A stretch of 64,000 nucleotides of DNA from Gekko japonicus (Eukaryota). The DNA is taken from contig NW_015177022.1 in NCBI RefSeq assembly GCF_001447785.1, positions 505,982-569,981 of the forward strand. Reading direction: 5' to 3'. The translations under genes and the position numbers were made by a program. Below, piece after piece: positions 23,303 to 36,997 of the stretch (position 1 is its first letter; the number at the start of each line of letters is the position of its first letter). The notes beneath the pieces are model-generated. The model worked only from the letters and a program-made list of their open reading frames with translations. It made no database searches and was not told where the DNA came from.

Positions 23303-26300
23303 GAGGGGGGGGGGGTTCTATCAGACAGAACAGCCTTGCAGGACTTTGGAAAAACTGAATGAGATGGGGCCTTCTGAACAATTAGTGGAAGATCTTCCCA
23401 AATTATAAGACTAACAACTGAAAAATTAGCAACAAAAGACTCCCATCATTTTACTCTCCCACTGGCAAGCAAAATTAAGGATCTTCATGACAGGATGTTC
23501 TAGTTCCCAGTCATGGTTTATTATTAAACAATAGAGCAGCAAACATCTGCATTGGTTTTCTACTGTCCTTCCACTGAAACATGATGTTATTGATGCAAAA
23601 TTAAAAACAAATGTTCCTTTATCTCTACATAAAATGCACTGTTTTATTTGAATAGCGGCTTTTCACTTCTAAAAAAACAAACCTTGCACATCTTAACATA
23701 TGAAGATCCTAGGCTTGGAAGGGAGGTTGTTTTAACCACTGGGATTTCACTCCAAGTAAATGCATTTTTACATGGAAATAAAAGTTGTTCAGTCTCTAGA
23801 AATGCAACAGATACTAACCATGATCCTGCACACAGTTAATCTATTTAAATTCCAGTGAAGCCAACAGGCAGACAGACTGCATGTGGGATCACAGCTACTG
23901 ATATTTAAAAAAGGAACCAGTTTCTTTGAAGTTACCTGGGAACATCCCACAAATTCACTTTCACCTTCAGATTACCTTCAGAGAACCACAGGAGTAATTC
24001 CTGCCCAATCATTTTGATAGAGCAGAGATCATGTCAAAGAAGGCATAAATCCTGCCTATTTTGTTCCTGTGAAGCTACTTCCTATATACATTTTTATATC
24101 AATGTATGCTTCTCACCGCAATAGGTTGCAATCTACTTGATTTTAAGCTGTGATTGCCTTTAATTAGACTTCTTGAAAGAATGTGGGTTAGCAGTCATTA
24201 AAACAACTATCCACTTTTTTCAAAGTGGAAAAGGCTGAGCTATGGACATAACTGCACTGAAATCACTGAAAGAGGCATTTTCAAATTTCAAAAATATTTC
24301 CATAAGTATTTCTTTATATTAGACTGACTCTCATGCAATCTATACATCAGAGCACTCAATGCAACAAAACAAATTGGGTTGTGAAATCAAGATAGGGCTT
24401 CAGTACATTTCTGCAGCATCAGCTTCTTCTCTGCATTTAAAGTTCCACCCTCCATTGCAAAGCTCCCCCCCCCATATATTATCCTTTTGGATGGATAGTT
24501 ATTCCTATATTCAGTATGCTGGCATTCTGTAATCAAACAGTAAAATAGACAGATCCGCCACAAAAAAGAAACCAGAAGTTTAATTCAAAAACCAATTAAT
24601 CTGAAGTGGATGAACTCATGCAAGCTTATCCTGACATCATAAAAACACTTAAGCAGAAGTTACACTTGAAATCCATGAGGCTTACTTCTAAGTAAATACG
24701 AAGCTGCAGACACATTTAAATCTGCATTAACTTGCAAGGGGTTAGATTAATTTGGTTTAACAGCCCAAACTTAGGCATGTTTATGTAGAAGCAAGACCCC
24801 TTTATTTCGGTAGAGCTTACTCTCAAGTAAGTTTGGATAGGATTATTGTTATTCATTTATTTATATAAGCACCCTGAGTGTGATGTCAGCTGTACAATCC
24901 AAACTCAGAAGTCAACCCCAATGCTCAGTGGGGCAGATTCCCCAGTGTAAAGGATTGCATCTTCAGGGATCCTGCTATTTGGCATTATGTCTAGCAAATT
25001 GTTTATTGTAGAACCTATGACTGTAAGTTTTATTCCTACAAAGACATTTTTGGGCAAGAGTAACTGGAAAACATTTTGAAATCAGAACACTATACAAAAA
25101 AATTAAACAAATTGAATGATGTGATGACCCTTAAATGTGACTTCTGTGATCATATATATACAGCGGCAAGAAAATTAAATGGTAGCTGGATGCAGACATC
25201 CAGAAGAAGCCTGCCAGACCTCCTGCCTTTTCCCACTGACTGCAGTACTGCAGTTCTATGACAACATCATATCAATGAACCAACAGCAGCCTGGGCTTCC
25301 TGATTGGCTTGCAAAGTTTATCCCTGCCCTTCCAACTTCGAAAAAAATCCCACCATGAAACAAAGCAGCAGCATCTGATATAAGAATTAAACAAGAGACC
25401 TGCAAGCAGGGGCTGTTATTACAGTTCTGCATGCATGCTCTGAGACCCTCCCAAAGAAAAAGCTGTAACATAATTCTGAGTAGGGCTACATAATTATGCA
25501 TGCCTACTTCGAAGTAAAGCAATGCAATGAGACTTGCTGCACAGATGTTCTCAGGACTAGCTGGTTTTAACATGGGGGCTGGGGGTCTCCCTCCTTTTCA
25601 GTAATCAATTCTCACTTTATACAGTGACTTACAACATGCCAGCCCCCTTTCTGAATAAAAGTCATCCTATCGGTTGATGCTAACATTATGCAGAGGATCC
25701 AGTTCATGAGCAGTTCAAGTAAATGGGAGGGGAGTGGCTACAAAACCAGTGACTTGTGGATTGGAATCTGCATCACAAAAAATGCCGTTCTTATTTTGCA
25801 TGCCAAAGAAGAACAAAAAAAAGCAAAAAGGAAACCATGCATGTATTTTTTAAAGTGCTGAGTGGGAGGTGTAATAGCTTAAGGTGGGTGGTGGAGGAAC
25901 CGAGGGAGGAGAAATGGATGAGAAGTAGAGGCAAAGTTTTTTAAAAACATCCCTGAGATATTATAAAGATGACTCAGTGCTGCCATTAAAGAAGACTGCT
26001 TTTGAGAAAGCAATATCCACACAGTGGTAACCTGATGGATTGTCCTGATCTTCTGTACTGCCAGTCTCTCAACGGCTGGAGTCCTTGTGTCCTCTCCTAA
26101 CTCAGCCCTTCCCTTTGGATCTCCCCCCCCCCATGCCAGTCTGACCTTTCACAATGTCAGGTCCTAGAAAGAGATCTTAACTACGGCCACTTGCGTACCG
26201 CGACCCCTTTTTACAACGGGCACCTCTCTCATGCTAAGAATGGGTGGTGAAGGAGGAAGCAGAGGGGGAAAGAAAGCTCATCCCTTCGGCCCCTTCTGCT

Positions 26301-26485
26301 GCTCTGCATTGCAGATGGAGAACAAACTCGACTATCAAGTCCCTGCAAACAATCGGCAGGAGGATTAGGGCGCCGCAAGGTCCCTTTCGAAGCGACATCA
26401 GGCACCACAGACACTAAGACACGCGGGGCGGCTTTTATTGCGTCCCTCTTTCTCCCTCTCCCTGGCCGCGCCGGCTTCTGCCTGA

Positions 26486-26506
26486 GGCGCTGGCCTTGGT
26501 GCTGAA
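26486..26506 (-). promoter_or_regulatory. RE1/NRSE (REST binding site)
   Basis: Reverse complement TTCAGCACCAAGGCCAGCGCC, 19/21 to the canonical TTCAGCACCACGGACAGCGCC, about 0.7 kb upstream of the TATA box of a neuron-specific gene. Confidence 0.85.
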
Positions 26507-27182
26507 GCCGCCATGACTTCCCCAGACAGACACACACACGCCTTACCTGCCCGCCCAAGCCCTTCTGCGCCAGATCACCACCCAACCCCCAACGTAGACG
26601 GCCTGCTTGGGTCACCTTAGGAGAGATCCAGCAGCCACCTACGCCGCCACCACCCTTTCTATCCCGTCGTCTTCGGACCAGGTGGCCTCTTTGCTGGAAG
26701 GTGGGGGGGGGGATGGGCCCTCCTCCTCCTCCACGGAGCTCCGATCCCAGCAGTATCCGAAGGGGAAAAGATGTGTGGGGGGGAGAATGATGGGGGGGAG
26801 GGGAGCAAGAAGGCAAAGGGGAATAGGAGACAGACGAGAGAAATGCATCCGAAATGAGGAGACAAGGGAAGCGGGTTAGTACTGGGGGAAAGAAAAGAGG
26901 AGAAGCGAATAATAGACATCAGCATCCCAGTGGAGAAGGAATGAAGAAGTGAATTGTGGCCAAGGAAGGAAAGACACAGAGGAAGCACGGAAGGAAGGGT
27001 GGCGGGAAGGGGGAGGGAGAGGGCAGGGCAGGCCCGGGATTCGGGCGCGTCTCGCCGAGAGAGAAACGGAGGGAAGGGGGCGGGGCAGACTCGGGGGGAG
27101 GGGCCTAAGGCCGGCGGCTCCTCCTTTCCCGGCGACGTCTCTCCCGCCGGCCCGCCTCTTGGAAGGCAGCGTGCCGCTCGGG

Positions 27183-27189
27183 TATATAA
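27183..27189 (+). promoter_or_regulatory. NEFM TATA box (TATATAA) with upstream GC box
   Basis: TATATAA about 75 nt before ATG within a GC-rich promoter; GGGGCGGGG near 27077-27085. Confidence 0.9.
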
Positions 27190-27263
27190 GGCGCTGCCTT
27201 CTGCAGAGTCCCCGCTGCCGGGAAATCCGCGCAAAGCGCCCCTCCTCCTTCCAGTCTTCCAAG

Positions 27264-28340
27264 ATGAGCTACACGCTGGAGCCTCTGAGCAACCCGTCGT
27301 ACCGGCGGGTGGCCGAGAGCCGGACCGCCTTCAGCCGGGCCAGCGTGTCGCCGTCGAGCGGCTTCAGGTCCCAGTCATGGTCGCGGGGCTCGCCCAGCAC
27401 CGTCTCCTCCTCCTACAAGCGCAACCTGGGCGCGCCGCGGGCTTCGTACGGCTCGACGGTGCTGAGCTCCTCGGAGAGCCTGGAGCTGAGCCAGTCGTCG
27501 CTCTTCAACGGCGGCGGGGGCGGCGGCGGCGGCGGGGACTTCAAGCTGAGCCGGGCCAACGAGAAGGAGCAGCTGCAGGGCCTGAACGACCGCTTCGCCG
27601 GCTACATCGAGAAGGTGCACTCGCTGGAGCAGCAGAACAAGGAGCTGGAGAGCGAGATCGGGGCGCTGCGGCAGAAGCAGGCGGGCCGCTCGCTGCTGGG
27701 CGACGCCTTCGAGCAGGAGCTGCGGGAGCTGCGCTGCGTCCTCGAGCAGGTCAACCACGAGAAGGCGGCGCTGCAGCTCGACTCCGAGCACCTGGAGGAG
27801 GACATCCAGCGCATCAAGGAGCGCTTCGAGGATGAGGCCCGCCTCCGCGAGGACACCGAGGCCATCATCCGCGCCCTCCGCAAGGACATCGAGGAGGCGT
27901 CGATGGTCAAGGTCGAGCTGGACAAGAAGGTGCAGTCCCTGCAGGACGAGGTGGCCTTCCTCCGCGGCAACCACGAGGACGAGGTGACCGACCTGCTGGC
28001 CCAGATCCAGGCCTCGCACGTCACCGTCGAGCGCAAGGACTACGTGAAGACCGACCTGACGGCCGCCCTCAAGGAGATCCGCTCCCAGCTCGAGTGCCAC
28101 TCCGACCAGAACATGGTCCAGGCCGAGGAGTGGTTCAAGTGCCGCTACGCCAAGCTCACCGAGGCCGCCGAGGCCAACAAGGAGGCCATCCGCTCGGCCA
28201 AAGAGGAGATCGCCGAGTACCGACGGCAGCTCCAGGCCAAGAGCATCGAGCTGGAATCCGTCCGCGGTACCAAGGAGTCCCTCGACCGCCAGCTGAACGA
28301 CATCGAGGAGCGACACAACCAAGACCTCTCCACTTACCAG
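27264..28340 (+). CDS. NEFM: Neurofilament medium chain, exon 1 (head and most of rod)
   Basis: ATG at 27264 ([15 protein letters not shown]...[25 protein letters not shown]); IF coil-1A motif [21 protein letters not shown]; [16 protein letters not shown]; donor CAG|GTAGGC at 28340/28341; 1077 nt, phase 0. Confidence 0.98.
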
Positions 28341-31019
28341 GTAGGCGCCCGGCGGAGGGGAGGGGAGAGAAGGCTGCTTGCTACGGCCGGACGACGAAAA
28401 GGCAACTTGGGGGTGGGGGGGAGGAGCAGCAATGCGAAAGGGAGGAGCTAGCTGCCTCCCCTCCCAATAATAGCGAACCAGGCAGATTTGGGAATGGGGG
28501 CGACGCCCCCGGGGCGTGTACGTCTCGCCTGCCTCCGCGCCAAGTGGGGGTTGCCCAATCCAAAAGAAGGGGGCGGGGGTGGAGAGTCCTCCAGAAGAAG
28601 ACCCTGCTGCTCACCCCTGCGAGGAGGGCGGGCGGGGCAGGATGCTCTTGCAGAATGCCTGCCAGGATAAAGATGTGTATGGTGGGGCTATCGGGAATAA
28701 AACCTTGAACGGGCTGGGGGTGGGATAGCGAACGACCACTTCAGGGAAATGGCTTTCAAAGTTTTTGAATGGCACGGAACTCTTCGGTCGCTGGATGCTC
28801 AGTCATGATGCCCTCCCTCTTGGGATGGAGGGAGCGGTGATGGGAAGTGAGCTGTCACCCTGGATCCTCCTAAGCTCTGATCTCTCGAGGGGTGGGGTGG
28901 GGGGGTGCTTGCCCACGTGGAACTCGGAGGGAGGAGAGAGAGAAGAACCAGGCAACTTGCCCCCTACAGAACAGAGGCACCCACTTCCTCTGCAGAAGGG
29001 ATTTGGTGGGAGTCTGGAACTTACTTTCATGTAAATGGGTTCGGCTGCAAATAAAAACCTAGGGGACTTATTCCAAGGACTTGACTTGGGTAGTGGGAAA
29101 GAGCTGGCAAAAAGCTGGTGCTGGTGAACTTCCTTGACATACAAAAGCCAACGCCTTGAAGACTAACACATCTGTTGTTGCTGCTCCAGCTTTTCCAGGC
29201 TTAAGTCCGCTGGCTCAAGCTGATGCGACAATCAATGCTGTGGTCTTTAAGGGGTCATGGGAGTTTTCTTGTGTTTTCGCTGCAGTGGACCAGTACAGCT
29301 ACCAGGCAGGGAATTTCATTCCCAATGCAGAATGTGACTTCTGAACAAGTCTCTCTAGCAGTGCAGGGAAAGGCTAGAAGGTGCTGCAGAACCGGCTGTG
29401 GGCGGAAGAAAAGAATGAGCTTGCAAAATATCTCTGCCAAAGTTCTCTGCACCAGTAAATGCTGACTATCTTGCACCAGCCCTGCAAAAACTGCTCCCAC
29501 CCATATCCTTGGCTCCTATTGCGGAGGGTTACAAGCCAGAACCTTTACAGTAATCCTATTCAGTACAATGGCATTGCTGTGATGTAAATGGAGATGTGCC
29601 TTGGAAAAGCATAGTCGTAAAAGAATAACACTAACACCTACCTCATGTGAAAACTGTAAATCACAAGTGTTCTATTACATATTATTATTATTTGCATGTA
29701 CTGGTTACTTTTCTAGAGACATAACCCTAACTTCTGACAACTTGCAATAATATTTGGGAGAAAGACATGGAAGAGAAGGATAACAAGAAATATTTAAAAG
29801 CGCTGCATGACATCAAATCATGTGGGGAGAGTTTGTGAAAGACTAAACTAGTGCTAGTGGGACAGAACCATAATTATTCTTACTCGGTGAAACTGAGCCC
29901 AGCACAGGAGACTTTTCCTAGGATGAATCAAAATGTAAAGAAAGTCCATCCAGCCACCTGGGTTCGGCTTCTGGTGCCGTGATAAACAGCTGCTGCAAAA
30001 TGCCCTTGTGCTCCTGCCTAATGAACTTCTGCAATGCAGCAGCTATTTGTGCTGAGCAGCTAGTCAAATGAAGCCATCCAGCACAAGAGGCAAGCAGCCC
30101 TCTAAACCAGCTCCTTTGGGATAGGAAGCAGTATGATTCTCTGCTTTTCTTTTATTGGCAATAGGGGAGGGCAAGTCAGTCCACTCCACCAGGGCAACAC
30201 TGCAGACTTGTAGATAATCTCTGCCATTGCAGAAGGGATTTGTCGGCACCCCAGGGAATTAGCTTTGGGGGAGGGAAAGAAGAATACAACTAAAATGAGC
30301 CAAACATCACAATGTCAGAAGGGAGGGGATTTTTTCACCCCCACCAAGTGCATCCTGAAGTTCTGCAATGCAGAAATTGCTGGCACTGGGGAAGTCGTAA
30401 AATGGTCCTGTCAGTGCCGCTTTTCAGATATTCTCACTGCACCACAGCAAATGAAGCTGGATAGGAAAAACGTGCTCCACCCCCATAAAACTGGGCATTG
30501 GAAAGATGAATCAGAAGCTGAACCAAAAGACAAATGGCATGAAATGTGGCTAACAGTATCATAAGTGTTCACACAATGCAAGCACTGATGCAAAAGTCAG
30601 CAAAACATTGTCAAAATATACTGCACAGGCAAAGCAGAAATGAAAATGAACTCCTATTGGTTTCCCTGCCCAGCCTAGGAGCTAATATTGCTTCATATGG
30701 AGTGAAGCTATTGGGCAGTTACCGCTTTGGTTCTGAATGACAGGGTGCTTTTACATAATGAAAATCTGAACCTTGCAATGCAAGTTTGAAACCAGGGGTC
30801 GAATTCAGTAGAACTTTTCAGGAAAAGGCTCCCGAGGGACTGGGAACCATTGGAACAAAAAAGGGAGACCATGTGGCACATAGCTGGTTCGTTCCTTTTT
30901 TCAAAAACCATTTTTAACCATTTCTTCCCCCAATGACAAGAACTTCCAACGCAGAAAGTACATCTTTGATCTTACACACGGACATCTGCATCTTGGAAAT
31001 GTGGGAGAAACTTGTCTTG

Positions 31020-31220
31020 AGCATAAGAAGAGTTCTCCAAGATCAGACCAATGGCTGTCTAGTCCAGAATCTTGTTTCCCAGTCAGATGCTATGGACTCC
31101 CCCCCCCCCAATCACCACCACAGGGGCACAGAGACCAAGCCTTTGCTCAGTAGTTGCCATCCATCCCATTTTTTTACATTCTGAGATATACTGCCTCTGA
31201 ACATGAAGGTTCCATTTAAC
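31020..31220 (-). mobile_element. CR1 3' UTR fragment in NEFM intron 1
   Basis: CATAAGAAGAGTTCTCCAAGATCAGACCAATGG..TACTGCCTCTGAACATGAAGGTTCC. Confidence 0.65.
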
Positions 31221-32648
31221 TGCACACATGATAGGAGGGAAACTGTCAACATCCTCTCTGGCAACAGTCCATGGTACCTCCAAAAAAGCAATTCTATAAA
31301 ATGTTTCAACATTCAGGAGATTTCCCCCCCTCCCCATGGATGTGGGAAATTTGTTCTGTTTGGACCCAAGCCTATGGGTTTAGAAGTGGGATCTTAATCT
31401 AGATTTATTTTGTATAGGAAAATATTGAAAGCCTTTTCCATCCCCTTTTCCTCTGTTTATTGCTGTTAAATGAGACTGCAGGCAGCCCCACTGAGAGATG
31501 TAGACAGTTCGTTTTCGATTTCAATGCAGCGTCGACTGCATCTTTAGAAGGGAAAGTATAGCAGTAAAAGACAGAACTTTATCAAATGTCCATCAAAATA
31601 TTTGATTCAAAACCTCCATGCTGAATTCTAATCATTTAACTGTCTATTGGATTTTCTGTAAAGTTTTGTATTTTACTTATGGCCATGAGTGTATGATCTT
31701 ATCAATCTCAGGCTTAAAAATGATCAGATGGCCATTTTAAAGAGAGGTTTGGATCAAAAGGCACCTGAATCCTATTCACTACAGGAAGCAACCAACTTCA
31801 GAAATACCTTCATATGGAAAGCGTCATTCCTTAGCATGATTACTGGAGCTTGCTTTCAAGTAAATGTGTTTAGGAATGTGACATTCATCAACTCAAGTCC
31901 AGTTTAAGAAGCTGAAGAATTTGACTGAATTATTTTTACCAGATATTTCAGGGAATTTGTATGGGGCAATGCTGGACTCAGGGTACCAAGGAGACTTGAG
32001 TTCAAAACCCAACCCAGCCATGAAGCTTACTAGGTAACCCTGGACTAGTCTTTAACCTGCCTCACAAGGCTGTTGTGAAGAGTAATGGGGCAAGTATATG
32101 ATCCACTAAGCTCTTTGGAGGAAGAAGAGAACAAAAATATAAACTTCCAGAACTCAAAAGAAATATTTTAAAGCATGAAGATTGTCCCCATTTTTTCCCC
32201 TGAAATGAGAAAGAAAAGTGAAGGCTCTTTTTAAAATTCTGGCCTATTGACCCACAACTTGGTTAAGATATTGCCCAAACTAGCTGACATCTAAGTGCTT
32301 GACCTAGGCTGAGTTGTCATGTTTAGCTTTTAAATAAGATTTCAAGGGAGAGTCTTTTATCCAGCTAAGGAGCAGCCACATACTGAATGCTGAATCAAAA
32401 CGTGCTTGTAGTTTTCGGATTCAAAACTTAAGATAACAGATGCAGAAATGGGCTCATCAGGGACCAAACCCAGACAGAGTCTGTCCAACACAGGCTGGTC
32501 AGAGTGGGGAGATGAAGTCATACCCTGTAGTTTAGTAGCTGAATTCTTTTACCAGCACACCACCTCCTTCCAGTCCACATTCCTCCTTTCTCGTGAATGT
32601 AAATATCTCTTGTAACTTCTTAAAGAATCATTTGTGTCTTGCTTGCAG

Positions 32649-32773
32649 GAGACGATTCAGCAGCTGGAAAATGAACTGAGAGGTACAAAATGGGAAATGG
32701 CCCGTCATTTGAGGGAATACCAGGACCTCCTCAATGTCAAGATGGCCCTTGATATTGAGATTGCCGCATACAG
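32649..32773 (+). CDS. NEFM: NEFM exon 2 (coil 2B)
   Basis: Acceptor TTGCAG|GAG; [42 protein letters not shown]; donor AG|GTACAG; 125 nt, phase 0 to 2. Confidence 0.98.
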
Positions 32774-33170
32774 GTACAGTAGACACTCTGCAGAGGTGGC
32801 TGATCTGGGAACTGCAGCTCAGGTGCTTTTGAGTACCCGGGAGAAAAACAGCTAAACAGCGACTCTTTGAATCCTTCAAAGCGTGCTGACTATTCGCATT
32901 TGGAATGCTTTTTTCTTAAATTTAAACCCCCCCCCCCCAAATGTCCTGTTCGGTTATACACAGATTTCAGATGTTGCCATTACAAGTTGGCATGTAAGCC
33001 TTTTGCTCAAATAGGGTTGTGAGGTTTTACTGTTAAATAATATTTCAAGAAAGAGTGTTGTACTTTTGCTGGATTCTTAGCAAAATTGGAAACCTAGGGA
33101 AAACACTTTGTTTAAACTTCGTAATTGGGTTAGTACGATTTGATGCAATTCCACATGTCCCTTCAGTTGG

Positions 33171-33212
33171 GGTACATCCCAAAGATCTATAGGTACATCC
33201 CAAAGATCTATA
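33171..33212. repeat. 21-bp perfect tandem duplication
   Basis: GGTACATCCCAAAGATCTATA x2. Confidence 0.9.
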
Positions 33213-33467
33213 GTATGATGAAGAGAGCTGAGGATGGCATTTGACATTTGCTTCACATCCCATTGCTTCCCCTATGTTTAAGGCAGCTGAGAAAACAGTA
33301 CAATGCTGTTTATTCTAGAGGACGAACTGTGGGTAATGAGGGCAGAGTGCAGGTCTCTAGCTCAGGAAGTTTCTCATTCCAATCTTTTCACTACTATTAT
33401 CTCATGTAGTTTTAGGCAAGCCTCTCTCTCTGCCTCAGACTCCCCCTCTGCAATGTGGAGAAAATAA

Positions 33468-33680
33468 GAGAGCCAGTGTGGTGCAGTAGTTAGGGTGCTG
33501 GATTATAGCCTGGTAGTCCTGAGTTCAAATCCACACTCTGCCATGAAACTTGCTGGGTGATCTTGAGCCAGTCATTCTGGCTCAGACTCGCCTACCTCAT
33601 GGGGTTGTTTGGAGGGCAAAATAGAGGAGGGTATGCCACTATGTATGCCACCCTGAGCTCCTTGAAGGAATGGTGGACTT
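33468..33680 (+). mobile_element. Old CORE SINE (similar copies at about 31975-32140, 35550-35730, 36200-36430)
   Basis: GAGCCAGTGTGGTGCAGTAGTTAG..GTTCAAATCC..CCATGAA..CCTACCTCA. Confidence 0.7.
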
Positions 33681-34592
33681 TTTAAAGAAAAACATACTAA
33701 ACAGAATACTAGCCTGCCTCGCACGGCAGTTGGGAGTATTTCAGCAAGGCAGTGTATGTGATATGCACATAACTCAAGAAGAAATCCACAACCCACCAGC
33801 ACTACCTTCTGAGCTTCTCCTATAAAAAGTAGGGTTTATGTAGTTTTCAGAATATTAATAAGGGAGGATTTTGCAGGAGTTCATTCCACAGCGGGGAGAA
33901 ATGACTAAAAAGGTCTTGCTCTTCTCCAGCATAAAAGACATTTCTTGGTGGCTACTTTGAAGAGGCTCTCTGCCCTGCTGACCAGTCTTAACTGGCAGAG
34001 AGGAAGGGATTGTTTCTACTGGAATCTTTACTCGTAGGCATCAGTTGTGTTAATTTTTGCTTATTTTTATTTCAGTTGGGTATTCTGTATCTTATGGGGA
34101 GTGAGGTGGTAGAAATCACTTGAGCTCCAACACAAGATGTTTTCTTTGAGTTGCCTTCTTGATATCAGCAAGATGACTTCTGAAGGGGATTTGAAGGTTG
34201 CAGTGGAGCCATCTGTAGAATCCAGGGGTTCATGCCCCACTCCTTTTAAGTCAACAGTGGCCAGAATTCCAACCTGCTGATTGCAATAGGCATGTGCCTC
34301 AGGTGAAAGTAGCCGTGTTCTTTAAAGCAAATATGGTGCTACTGAGCAAACTTGCACTACTCCAGACTCAATCATTGGAAATCTTAGGTTGCTTTCTTAT
34401 TTGGGAATGTCCCACTGAAATCAGTGGGATCCACTTCCAAGTAAAGGCACGTAGGAAGACAAGAACCCTCCTAAAACCAAAAGTCTACCTATTCCAGCAT
34501 CCTGTTTTCCATGTTGGCCAACCAGACACCGAGAAATTCACGAGCAGTGTATGAGGGCCACAGCCCATTCTTGCTGTAGCTCACCTACTTTC

Positions 34593-35027
34593 TGTCAGGT
34601 TCAACAGCAAGTAAATCTCCACACACGTTTCCAGGGAATCGCTATACTTTATTAGACTACAGGTCCGTTGACAGGTATATTGTTAGGAATAACAATGGGG
34701 GTGGATGCATCGCTTCATATAGTGTGATGCTGCAAATGGCTAAGCAAATGAACTCCAAGCGTGCGCGTGGGAATTCTACCGACGGGAGGTTACATAATGA
34801 ATGGGAGAGCCTCCGTGCCTCATGAGAGCAGAAAGATTCACACCAACGGTTGAACACAAGCCCTCCCTCTTCCTCAAGGTTAGTCAGATAACCCAGTCTG
34901 GCAGCGCCAGTTCGCACGGTCTCAGGAGCGCCTCCCTATCGCTGTTTACAGCAAGCGAGCAAGCATGTGCCATAGCACCACAGTCAGGAAAGGACACATA
35001 CAAATGAAATATGGCAGCTAGCTGACA
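34593..35027 (-). mobile_element. Solo LTR (Gypsy-like) in NEFM intron 2
   Basis: TGTCAG...CTGACA termini; 5-bp TSD CTTTC/CTATC; antisense AATAAA at 34648-34653; CpG retention. Confidence 0.7.
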
Positions 35028-36997
35028 CTATCCCAACTACTGGTATTATTCACTGCTTCTGAACAGATGCACTAAAATGGAGGCTCCATTTAGCCATAAA
35101 CTTGTTCTTTGTGACCATTCCTCTGTGAAAGACAAGCTTATTGCCATCTCAGTGTCTTATGGTAGTGAATTCCATAGGTTAATTATGAGTAAAATTAACT
35201 CTTACAGTGCAATCCTATGCAGTTACTCTAAAGTGATTGAATTCAGTGGTCTTTGTCTGGAATAACTCTGCACAGAACCACACTATTAATCACTTTCTTG
35301 TGAAACAATATGAATCTTTAGCATTTTTAAAATCCACTATAAAACTAGGGGCAAGATATCTACACCAGGAAAGCATAGACAAGAAGCAAATATTCTGTAT
35401 TCCATCCTGTATCAGTAATCAAAGCAGAGGCAATGGATTTTAGCAGTAAATGCTGACTCATTTTAACTTCCATTTTAATTTGATTTTTAATTTCAGAGCC
35501 GGGATATGGATACACTATTTGTCTTGCTTTGTAACATATTCAGAAATATAAGAGCCAGTGTAGTGTAATAGTTAAGGGTGTCACACTACTAGCTGAGAGA
35601 CCTAGGTATAAATCTCCATTTGTGTCATGGAAGCTCGCTGGGTGACCTTGGGCCAGTCACACTCTCTCAGCCTAAGGGTTGTTAGGATGAAACACAATTA
35701 CTTTTTTATCCAGCTAAAAAGGAATATAAATGATGCAAATGGCATCAAATACATTGCTGGCTCAGTACCTTTTTGGTGGCAGACAACTGAAATACCCCTC
35801 CCAAAAAAAAAAAGTTAGCCCACAATAGAACTATTACCACAAATAACTGACAATGTGCTACCTTTTAGAGGTACCTGGGGCTGCTGCCTCACTTTTCCTA
35901 GTTTATTTTTTATATTTATGTCTTGTTTTAAACAGTCAATGTATCCCTCGTGCACACACACAACCCCTTCCCATCCCCAGGCATAAATAGAGACAAAAGG
36001 GAAAAGAGAGGGGGGGGAGTTGAATGGTGGGAGGGAAAGGAAGGTGCACAACTTATCAAGACAGCAATTTGATTTCATTTCTTGTCCTTCCTGAGGGGAA
36101 GACAAGGCAGCATCAGGGAAATATGTCCCTCTGAAAGCAATGGGACTGCAGCATTCTTACTTTTGGCTGTATCATGTATGCAACTAATAGCCTTTTTAAA
36201 GAGAACCAGTGCTGTATAGTGGTTCTAGTGTCAGGCTAGGATCTGGCAGACCCGAGTTCAGATCCCCCCTCTGCCATGGAAGCCTGCTGGGTGACCTTGA
36301 GCCAATCAAACACTCTGAGCCTAACCTACCTCACTAGTTTATTGTGAGGATAAAATGGAGGACGGGAGAATGTTATAAGCCACTTTGAGCCCCATTGGGG
36401 AGAAAAGTAGGATATAAATGGAGTAAAAAAGAAATAAAGTAATATCAAGGTGCTCACTCAGTAGCAGGCCTCAATAATTCCAATAGATGGGCCTTCTTTA
36501 ACTTTGAGAAAACATGGACAATACTCTCTGAAGTGAATGAGCTGCAAAACATATGCCACTTGGTTGGAATGGGTTGCCACTGATGTTCATAATGGCCCTT
36601 TGCCTCCAGGCCAATTAAGTACAGCAGATATTGGTTGCTGGGCATGCAAACTGGTCTGAGATGAGAATCAGGATTGGTGTAATATCTAAAAGTCACAGGT
36701 GGATATTCTTAAAGCAGTGATATTCCTGCTTTAAGGTAATGTCTAGGGGGCTGTTACAGACCCCCAAAACACAGTTTATTCTGCTATCCAGTAGTACCTC
36801 TTCTATCCATGTCAGGAAAACTGTTCAGGAGAAAGAAGTGATTTGTCAAGTGTGGGAAGAAATTCAAAAATTCTACCTTCCAGTTGCTAAAAATACTTTT
36901 TTTAAAAAAATGGTACTTGCAAAGACACCTGTTCATTCTCATCTTCAGATCAAGATAAGAGCAATATATGTTAATTTTTCCTTTCTTATTCCTCTAG

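Larger units (their letters stand above)
26190..28800. promoter_or_regulatory. CpG island over NEFM promoter and exon 1
   Basis: Sharp rise in GC and CpG density against CpG-depleted flanks; boundaries approximate. Confidence 0.85.

Noticed and set aside
26949-27263. 105-aa N-terminal extension of the NEFM ORF
   Set aside because: Non-ATG start upstream of the TATA box; open only because the promoter is GC-rich; the conserved start is MSYTL at 27264
27375-28322. 315-aa antisense ORF and 293-aa alternative-frame ORF over exon 1
   Set aside because: Shadow ORFs caused by extreme GC3 codon bias
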